Position numbers and translations under genes: made by a program | Shown: positions 53,523 through 64,000 of the stretch, in pieces | Position numbering within the stretch: the first letter of the stretch is position 1 | Layout of the letters: every line of letters begins with the position of its first letter | The notes under the pieces: generated by a model | What the model was told of the DNA's origin: nothing | Seen by the model: only the letters and a program-made list of their open reading frames with translations | The model's database searches: none | Assembly: GCA_012295275.1 (NCBI GenBank) | Contig: CM022673.1 | Location: forward strand, 24,862,001 to 24,926,000 | Direction: 5' to 3' | Origin: Chrysomallon squamiferum | Taxonomy: Eukaryota; Animalia; Mollusca | DNA: 64,000 nucleotides

Positions 53523-56500
53523 GTAAGAGCTGCGATAAGTGTTGTAATTGTTTAAATATTGTATATTGTGTAGAGCTGTTGTAATTGTTCAAATATTGTA
53601 TTGTATAGAGGTTGTAACTTTTGTGTATTGTATAACACAGAGATGCAAGTTTTGTATATAGTATGTTTTATATACACACACACACACACACATCATATTT
53701 ATTCCATAACAACCATCCAGTTCTCATTTTTAATCAATGCTGTACAACATGATTATTTTAATCATCATTTTTTGCTCTTCATATAGATGAAGCTTTTGTA
53801 CAAGTGTGACAATAATTGTAATTGTGAAAAACCAGTTTTTTTCTTGTCTCAAACTCATTTCAGCTTTCATATTGTCTTGTTCTCTTGTTCTTTTTTTGGT
53901 CAACACTTCTAACATTTGATTCTTGTCTGTCCACTTAATGTTTTAACTGACCAGTTATGTTTTGTCCATTTGCATCTTGTCCAGTCATGTTAAACATTCA
54001 CTTCACTGGTAAAAAAGCAAGATGATTACTACAGCTAACCCATGCACAACCCAGCATAATAATTAAAAAAACACTATTTACCACAAACAGAAAATTAAAA
54101 AATGTACTTTTTTTTGTATGGATTTTCTTTTAATCAGTGATTTTACAAATAGAATAAAAGGATGTGAAATTTCAATTGTGAAAAAAAAATTAATCAAACT
54201 TTCATTTGTTTGACTAACATAATTCCTGTGGGTTCTTCTTAATGTATGACAAATACAAGTTTGAAATTGTGTCAGACATAATTCTAGATCTCAAAAATCT
54301 AAAACTGAAAAAGATATTCATGTAGCATTTGTTGGCATATGTGAAAATTTATATCTAGAGAAAAGGTTTGACATGAAACTCATGACTGGGAATGTACACT
54401 AATAGCTGGAATGGTTCAGAAATAATCACTGAAAGTATTTTACTGGAATCTTCAGGTTTACGTGTGCCATCTTGAACAGATAGAGTAGCTAATAGATTAA
54501 AGGCTGAATTCCTCATTGAGAGGTTTTAGGTGTGATGAAACAGCAAGACTGGGCCAGACATTTATCACTTGAGTCAACTGGTTCCATCTTGGCAATAAAC
54601 TCTCTGCTCTCACTGTTTCAGTTCCCAGCAGCTTCCAGACTTGTAATCCAGCAGCTTAACCCTGGTATGCTTTGTCTTCCCGGTTAATTGTGACTTGCAT
54701 CTACTTCAATTAACGTTTTCTAATTTTGTATCTACAAGTAACTTGATACAGTGCTGCATTTTCTCTCCTTTCATGTCTGAAATCATGACCATTATAACTT
54801 TTGAGTATTAAATGTTTATATTTTTTTATGATATAATAGAAATATTGGTTATTTCTAGTTCTTTTTTTTATCTTTTTTTTATCATCTTGATGATTTAATA
54901 GAACTATTTTATTTCTGTTACATCTAACTTGTTATTATTTTGTTATTAGTGTTATTACTCAATATTTGTTTGTGTTTAGATTCAGTTTAATGTGAAAATA
55001 AATGTCATTAATGAAACTCTTTTAATGATCTCGTTTATGATAATGGGAGGGAACTCTTCCTGCTTTGATGATAATGTTTCTCTTGCGTGTGAATAGTTCC
55101 TACAAGGTTTGAGTATTCTGCTGTTGATGATTATTTCTCAGTGTGACAGCCAGGAGGTTGGGGTGATTCACACTAATTACACTGCTACTTGAACAGGATA
55201 AAAGTCTGAAGCTGACTGGAAGGAAAAGAACTATTGTTCCTTGTCATGCGATTCACCTATTTGAAACTTTCCCACATAAAGCACTGTGTGAAAACAAGTA
55301 ACTTTTACATTAATAATATTCCAATACTATTAGCAATCAGAAAACGTTTGTTACCATTGTGTATTGATTTTTTAATAATTAAAAGCAAGTTTTGTTTCAG
55401 ATATTGTTAAATTTGTATCAGTTTAAATCAGTTTAATATTTTTTTTTTTTATATTCTGTTGTCAGAAAGTTGTGTATTATTTCATTTTGTAACAATTAAA
55501 ACAAAAATGATGTTGTTAGGCTCTGTACAGCTGTATGATGCAGGTTTTATGAGTAGTGTTTTAAATACCAGTCCAATATAAAATATATTTTACTGGATGT
55601 GTGCTGCATTATACTGATTATCTATATGGTAGGTAACACAGTATTCTGGTTGTATAACCATCGTAAGGTTCACATCTAAAGAAAAGACAGAATTCTAAAT
55701 TATAATTACCAACAAAAAAATTGTAAAAATATATTTAAATCATACACACGCATGTCCAGATATGCATCAGCCTTCATGTCACTGTGGCTTGGGAAAAACC
55801 ATGCTAGGTGTGTACAGGTATACTGATGACAGGTGAGTCAGTAATCAATAAACATGCCTGTTTCGACTACTCAGTTTTATTACACACTGTGAGTTAACAA
55901 TCCTTTTTTTCAACGTGGAACTGCTGTGTTACAGACAGACGGAAAGTCGGTTTAATGCTTTTATTTTAATTTGGCTAATAATGAGAATTATTGAGTTCTC
56001 CTATCTCTGGCAGGTTCTGCTGTGTTGATGTTGCTGATCGATAGTTTTCTCATTCTGTCTGTGTAAGGATTAATTCTCTCTCTCCGTGGACAAAACACCT
56101 GGTTTTACCTTTTCTCAGTAGACGAGTTTGTCATCGTTTGATCATATTTGTTGTTGTTTGAGGTTTTTTCTCCTTTTTTTTCTACTTTTTGAAAGGTAGG
56201 CACTCTTCAGCAACTGTTTTTGTTACAATAGCATATTTTCATAAAGTAAATTGTATGTGGTTTTATTTCATTAAAGAGAAATGAGAAATATGCTTATTGA
56301 TTTCCATCTTGTAAATTAGGTCTGTGTGGTAGTAACCATGAAATCATTAAATTTAATATACAAACAGTTTGTTTGTTTTCCTTTCAGCACATTGATAGAA
56401 GTTTAGAAAATAGGACTTAAATTGCACACATCTTTCAGTGGTTTAAATTTATTTTTGTTTTGCTGTTTTTCAATCCACTCTTTCAAACACTGCGATATAT

Positions 56501-57282
56501 TTCAAATTACTGCAAAATATTTCACTTCTAATTTTGTTATTGTTCTTTCTTTTTCTTTTTAAAAAACCAATAATTTGTGTAAAGTATGTGACGTCTGATA
56601 CCAAAATGATTTTTGACATGAACATTAGTCTTTTGATTAATTACATTTCATTTTTTTTTATTGTTTTTCCAACTGTGGGTGTAGTTTAGCTGTGTAAAAC
56701 ATTAAGAGATCAATTCATGTACGCAGTTTTCTTATCTCTAGTTTTAACCCTTTTACTGCAGACTAAACCATAGTAGTCTGTCACTCTGTAGCATATAATT
56801 TATGTACATGTATTTTCATTACCAAAGTCTCTTTTCTTTTCATTTATTTTATTATTATTATTATTTTTTTTATTTCATTTTTCTTGCTTTTACAGGCCAT
56901 CCAGTTTAAATTTTTATTTAAAAAAACAATTTTTGTTTTTAAATTAATTTTATATTTAATATTCATTATTATATGAAATGATTTTTTCTGGTGTGACTGT
57001 TGAGTCAGTGATAAACCTTGTCTAAAAGTTAATAAAATTCAGTGACCTGGCTCGATTTTGAAAAAGTCTCTGAAATAAGTTGAAACAACACAACTGCTCA
57101 TTTTAAAGCTTGAAACTGACCTTGACCTTGATGTCACTTTCTAGCAGGATTTTAAAACTGAACTGGAATTTATAATTTGGGCTTAACCACTAAATACTGT
57201 TGCCTTGGACAGAATTGTGTGTAACAAAATCAGAGGAATAGTCTATGAAAGGCAAATTTAAATGTTTGTCTGATAGCAGTCC

Positions 57283-57422
57283 TTTACCAAATACAGTGCC
57301 GTTACCAAATACAGTGCTGTTACCAGATACAGTGCTGTTACCAAATACAGTGCTGTTACCAAATACAGTGCTGTTACCAGATACAGTGCTATATCAAATA
57401 CAGTGCTATTAACAAATACAGA
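57283..57422. repeat. 18-bp minisatellite (gttacca(a/g)atacagtgct), ~7.5 copies
   Basis: Direct reading. Confidence 0.93.
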
Positions 57423-60400
57423 GCTGAATTCAGTTTGATGGCTGTTGATGTGTTAAATATCCTTTACACAGGTGCTCTGAAAAATAAGGTGAAAACTAAA
57501 AATAATCTTCTTTCTTAATGTATTTTATTTTTTGTTTTACTTTTATTATTATTATTATTATTAATGTCTGATAAGAGAAAGTTCAACTGTCATTTTTCGT
57601 TCTGTAAGAAATTTATTTTTTTATTTTAGGAAAGTATGCATATTTTTTAACTTGATAGAAAGTTGGTATAAATTATCTTTTAAAACAAAAATAACTTCAA
57701 AGAGGTGTCAACATTTGACTGAACAGAAATTTATTCATCCAGGTACAAATTTGCATTAAAAAAAAGAAAAAAAAAAGAGTAAAAGATAAAAAGAGTTTAG
57801 GACTTGAAAGAGTATCAAGGAAATAAAAGCCTATCTGTGTCTGGCAATTGTCCTGAGCCAGAGACGTCTGCTTCAGGGCAGGGGCCATCACTCTGTCTTG
57901 AGCTGACCAGTCACTGACCAGTCACTGACCAGTGGTATACACACTCTTTTGTCCACTGTCTCAGTGGACAGCTAAAGTGGAGAACTATGCATGCAGTAAT
58001 CTGGATTGGCTTATTGCAAACAGGTTGATGTAATGTATTTAGCCAGATTGGGAAGTTTTGTGTGTGATGCCTGTAAGTATCAGTCCTGTGCTGTTTTGTT
58101 TAATGACGCAATGTAAAATTGTTAGCAGTTTCGAGGGTTTCTGTTTGAATTGTTCTGTCCAGGGTTGTTTTTATATTTATTTTATTTTTATTTCATTTTA
58201 TTTAATTTATTTATTTATTTATTTTTCTATTTAAATGAATTAGTCAAGTTTTTCTCTTCTGTTTTTTTTTTTTTGTAAAATGGATAAACTGAATTTTTTT
58301 TTTTTTTTTTGTATACACCATTAACATTTTTTTATTCATAAATACCTTTTCTACTTTTCTAATTTTCAATTTTTAATAATTTTTGTTTCAGTCTTTTTAT
58401 TTTGTATACAATAATTATAAAATCATAATGGTACATTGTTAACAGTCACAAATGTCACAGAATTTATAATTGTTACAGTTTTTAAGATGAAAATAATTTA
58501 AGAATTTTCTCTTGGTTCACAAGTAAAAGAATTATTTGGGAATAATTTCAGTGATCTCCAAATTTCTCAAGTTTTATCTAACTGAAACGGCTTGATCACT
58601 TGCCTTTCAAGGAATCTTGAATTCTAAAGTTCCCAGCAATCACTGAAAACATACAGCTTGCACCTCAAGTTAATCAGAAATCCTGCACACATCTGTAAAA
58701 TTCCCTTCTTTGTTTTAATTACAGAACATAAAATGTCGGTGATTAATAATCCACTCCTTTAATTCTCGAGCTAATGGACACAGGACTGTCCAGTATTGAA
58801 ACAAGCAATGAGTAATGGTCATTGGTGTCCACAACTTGACCAGCGGACAAAGAACCATCACGGTTTTGTCTCAGCAATTTGTATTCCCTCTAATACCTCT
58901 ATCCCAACTCGAGATTTGCAGCAGGAATTTTTACTTCATTCTGGATACCAAAGGGGTCAGTTCTTACAATGGGCACATAATGACTTGGCTCTCCATTTTC
59001 CATTTGTCAACAAGTGCAGGACAAATGAGGGAATCATTTTCAGGGGTCAGAAGGGTAAATTGCTTCATCCAGCATTGGAGCATTTCAGTTAACAGCAAAC
59101 TCAGTTACAATAATTGTTTGTCCACTCTGATAGACTCTGCTTCAAATAGATTTAACAGGCCTGAATAATAAGAGTAATTCTGTTTAAGAGTTTTGCATTT
59201 AGATTGACTCCTTAAGGTTCAGTCTGTGTCATTTGTTATTGCTTATGTTCATGTGTGGGTTGTCTTTTTTTAAAATTTTTTGTTTTGGCTAACATATCAC
59301 GAATCTATACTTGAATAGTGTTTGTCTAAATATTAATTTTGATAATTTGTGAACAGATTTGCAGTTGTAAAATTTTGATGAGAGGTTAAATTCACCATTT
59401 TGTCATCTTGTCTTTTTTTAGGTGCATGTTTTAACATTTTTGAAGTAAATACAAGTAAAATTTATATAGCAAAACAAAAATTTGGGCTCCCAAACAAATA
59501 GAGCATGAATGAATTTTAAATATCAGAATATCAGAATATCTATAAAATTAAAAAATTCATAAGAATTACAAAATTAGGCAGTGCATACTTCAGAAAATAT
59601 ATTTATCAACAGTTTAAACATTTTATTGTTGTTTAGATTGTTACAGCCCTAGTAAACAAATACTGTAATAAACTGGCAATGAAAAAGGAACATCAAACCA
59701 TAACAAAACACCAAGTTGTTCATCAGAAACATAAATCACATGATGCAGTGTACATTTTAAATTGTTTCATTTAGTTGTTTTTATCAGTGAATAACTACAG
59801 GTTTCAGTGAAACCAGAGATTTAATTTTCCCAGATCATTTATATAATTCACTTTATTCATAGTTTCAACCTGGCAAAATATTGTTTTCTGCAAGCAAATT
59901 TTTCATTGGCTATTAATAAATTAAACTTTGAAAATTTGTCAGTTCACATTTTGGTGCTGATACAGATTCCTGTCAGCCACAAATTACTGGTTTTGTGAAT
60001 ATTTTATTGCTTGATTTTAAAAACATTTTTATATTTTTTTAATAGTGCAATGATGAGATACACAATTTTTCTATTTGACAGTGTAATTGCAATAAACATG
60101 TGTGTTCATTTGTTGTTACTAAATCAATTTAGGTTTTTTTCAAATCATGAAAAAAAATTCAGATGATGAAGCAGAAAAATTTTTTATTACTCTCGGGAGA
60201 GCATTTCCGATCTCAAATTACCAAGTGTTATTTATTTTTATCACATTTCTGGTCCTCATTGTTAAGTGTGACAGGTGTGTGATGACATCTGTGTGGGTGG
60301 TTCTTTGCCACGCCCTGTTAACATTCTGAGAGTTAACCTGGTATTATGATCCGTGGGGATTTGAAATGGACACGTGCTGTCTTGTTTTGTGTGAACAGTG

Positions 60401-63400
60401 TTACATGGTGGGCATGACCTGTGTGCAGTCTTCACAGATTAGCAGTTGTTAATAATTACTTCTCAGTCTTCTTCCTTCCTTACTTACTGATGTGGTCACA
60501 GATATTTTTAACTAGGCTCGTTTCTCCCTGTAGTGTGCTTTCACTGTTTGTACTTTACACTGGTTGTCTGTGCATGTGTGTGTGAATGTTTGAGAAACAA
60601 CAAGAAAATATGTGTGCATGTGTTTGTGTGTGCATGTGAGTGTGACTGTGTGTGCATGTGTGCTTGTGTGTGTGCGTGTGTGTGTGCTTGTGTGTGTGCG
60701 TGTGTGTGTGTGTGTGTGTATACTTGTCTATGTATGCAAATGCATGGATGAACACTTACTATTCATGTCTTGTCATCTGATCAATCACTAACTGGTCTGT
60801 TGTTTTATCAGAATAAATCTATTATCATTAGGTTTAAATATCAAACAAAGCTAAGCTATTTTGCTATGGAAATCATCAGTTTACACAGCAGCAAGTTGTT
60901 ATGTAAATGTCTGATAAACAGTTTTAAAGTACAACTGTCAGATTGGAGTAGATATGTAACCACATTCTTCTGTTTAGTTCCAAACTGTATATCAGAAACA
61001 AGAATTCTCCAGAGTTTGATCAAGCATGTTTTAGTTGATAATTTCTATTTTCTACCCACATTTTCAGATAAAATATATAATTCTGTAGATAGACAGATAC
61101 TTCATTTCCTTGTCTCAGCTGTACTAGAAAATGAATTAATGTTCCTTGGTAATTAATAATAATAATATTTCCACTCATAACATTTCTTCCATTATTTTCA
61201 GGGTTTGTTTTTTCAACAAAGTAATTTGTCTAACATTTGTCACATTATTTCAATACTGATTAAATAATAAAACTGCTTTTCCAAGTTTTGGCGTCCATTT
61301 TTAAATTTAAAACAAATAGAATAATTTCAAAAGTACACACTCAGACACACATACATAAAATAAAATGTCAAGGATTTACAATTCTAAGCTCAAAAATGAC
61401 CAAAAGCAATAATCTGGTTATCTTAATAAAGTAAAGGAAGTTTTTAAATGTCACACAGATTTTTAACAGAGTTACAAGTGTTATGAGCTCATAAAAACAG
61501 CTGTAAGAACATGTACCTGGAGGGTGTCTGAAATCCTGCTGTGATTTATGAACATGATTTAATTTGTGTGTGAACAAGCATGTTCAGTAGCCAGAGTTTA
61601 TGTACTGAAAAATCTAAACAAAAAAATTTAGTAAATCTGAAATTCTTATTTTTATTTTTTAATTATTTATTTAGTTACTTACTTATTATTTTTATTATTA
61701 TTATTATTTTTATTTTTAGTTTTATTTATTTATTATTTTTTTTAATTATATAAATTGTCTAATGATCCTTTCCTCTGTTTTTCTTGGTCAGTATTTTAAT
61801 TTTAAATATGAATTTAGATACTTGTATGTATGTATGTATGAGGTGTGCTGTGGTATGGTGTGTGTATGTTTTGTGTGTGTACATGTGTGTTTTCAGACAT
61901 TGTAGAACAAACAGCCAAGGTACAAACAAGTTTTAAATTCATTCATTGTATCACCAAACACAAGCAGAGTTAATTTTCTGCTATTGTTAGAAAGTGTGAA
62001 GCTCATTATGTCTGTGTTTGTGAAAACTTCACAGCTGCTTGTGGTTTGTCCTGCTTTCTTTACTGGCCAACACCAGACACAATTAAAAACAACTGAAAAG
62101 TAAACAATTTCTACACCTTTGGTGAATAATGTGTGAATTCACTTTTCTCTCAATTCAGTCCAGTTGTGTTTAGTGTGTTCAGCTATTTTGGTTGATATTC
62201 TGTTTTTAGTTGTTGTTGTTGTTTTATAAATATATATATATATATATTTTTTTAAATTGTTTTTTTCATACAAAATGAATCATAGCACAGTGAACATATT
62301 TAACTTGTCACTAAGCCAGGTTGACACACACCCAACATACAGGTTTGTGAAAGTCACATGTTGTACAGGCTGGCTGCGTCTTATTCTGAGTTCTTACAGT
62401 AGATGTTAGTCTACAGAAACCACAACAGGTGGTTTCACATGCTGGAAAGACAGTCTGTTGTACTGTCAACAGTGGCATTGTGTCTGTCAAACAGATGTCA
62501 GGAAGTTTGGCTTGTTCACAGAATCACACTAAGCATGTATCAGATGTCAGATAAATGTCTGTGACTGGATTACAGAGTACAATACTGGCAAATCCTACAA
62601 AAAATTTGATCATTTGAGATGTAAAAGAGAATCCTGGTCTAGATTAAATGAAGGCACGAGCCTGGATTTTTAATAATGTGTATCATCTTCATTGGATTGC
62701 TGTTCCATTGTGTAGATCATCTTTGAAGCTTTCATACAAAAATCATCTGGGAGGAATTGAAAAAACTACTAATGAATATTCATCGTATTGTTATTAACTG
62801 TAACCAAACAATAGTTACTTAAGTGGAAATTAATTTATTCTGTATTAATACAATAAGAAGGGAAAGGAAATGTAAAAATAGTATTAATTTGCACTATTGA
62901 TCTCAGACTGGGTTACTTAATGCTGTTAAACTGTTGGGGATATGATGACTCATTTCATCTGAATTACCCAAATTTTGATAACTTGTAATCATTCATCATA
63001 GCTGCTCATTTGATGAGATGAAGACAAATTAAGCCTTAGCAATATTCATTTTATTTCCACCATTTCGATTGAAACGAAGTGCAGTCAACTTTCACAGCTG
63101 ATTACTGACAATAAATTTTCACTCATCTCTGCAAACCGCATTGTAAAAGAATGTGGTGTATTAATTAAAATATGCAAATGAAACTGGACAACTGGAGCTG
63201 GACGTCAGATGGCAGGCAGGCAGGCAGGCACACATGATCCAGTGGTTGTGATTAGAGAGTGGACAGTGTGCCCACAGTGAAATGATGTCATTAAAACTGC
63301 CCCCAGCCTCGTTTTTCATCTGCTAATCAATATCTTCATATTTCTTCTTCTCCTACATCGGGTCGTGCTTAATTCTGTCATGTTGCATTTCAAAAGTTAA

Positions 63401-64000
63401 TTTTTTTTTCCCTCTACGTTTGTCAACATGATTGCCAGAGACTTCTTCACAGCACCTGAATTAACATGGACAAAGATTGTTGATGAAGAAAACATCATTT
63501 TTTTTTTTTGTGTGCTAATCTCCATGAAACACACTGAGAATGGACATCTTCAGAGACAAATTCAGTCCTGTCACAATTAGCCTGATGAAAAAAAAAAAAG
63601 AAGAGAAAATTACTCATGGTCTGTGATGTTTCAGGAAAGCCCTGACTCTATGAGGATGTGTGTAATTAAAGTTGTCACCAGAGGCTGGGATGAATGCCAT
63701 CATGTCAGTGTTGTTTTTATCTCACAGTTGTAGCTGGAATTCCAGTACGGAGGATATACACACACACATAGACCTGGGTTTCAGTTTGCACTGTTGTTTT
63801 TGATGTGATAATTACTGTTTTTATTCATTTCAACATGAACTTGCAGTCATACTAGTTTCGTGTGGATTTAACAGGCTTAATTTTGTTTTTAACATTCTTT
63901 GTCTGTTTTTGTGTTATTACAGATAACTGTTAGATTTTTCATTTTACTGGTACTTTGATATATGAAAGTCATTTAAGATGTTTAGATTGTTACTGTTAAT

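Noticed and set aside
58796-59168. Overlapping 98-aa and 117-aa ORFs in a moderately GC-rich patch (similar patch at 38945-39170)
   Set aside because: No domain similarity or convincing paired splice sites; more likely non-coding regulatory DNA.

Overview
This is AT-rich, microsatellite-dense animal genomic DNA, not prokaryotic; a mollusc or gastropod origin is inferred from the SINE-like repeats. No rRNA, tRNA or CRISPR was seen, and most ORF-track entries are translated microsatellites. Three protein-coding units are supported. (1) The first coding exon of a NHERF/SLC9A3R-like PDZ scaffold gene on the minus strand (227 to <1), which the ORF track missed. (2) An intronless six-ankyrin IkB (NFKBIA/cactus-like) gene on the minus strand (8575 to 7744). 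It is frameshifted in ankyrin 3, lacks the DSGxxS degron, and has a TATA box, several consensus kB sites and many CRE palindromes around it. (3) The 5' part of a large plus-strand gene from about 18.3 kb. It has several candidate alternative phase-1 first exons and a 1.35-kb exon (52178-53522) rich in Tyr motifs that ends in an RRHT motif, tentatively SRCIN1/KIAA1217 (sickle tail)-like; this exon also contains a frame discontinuity. CpG is retained up to about 19 kb and depleted beyond, consistent with gene-body methylation. The rest is minisatellites, degenerate SINEs, a pogo/Tigger-like MITE and an ~835-bp tandem duplication. Two frame breaks in three genes may simply be assembly indel errors.
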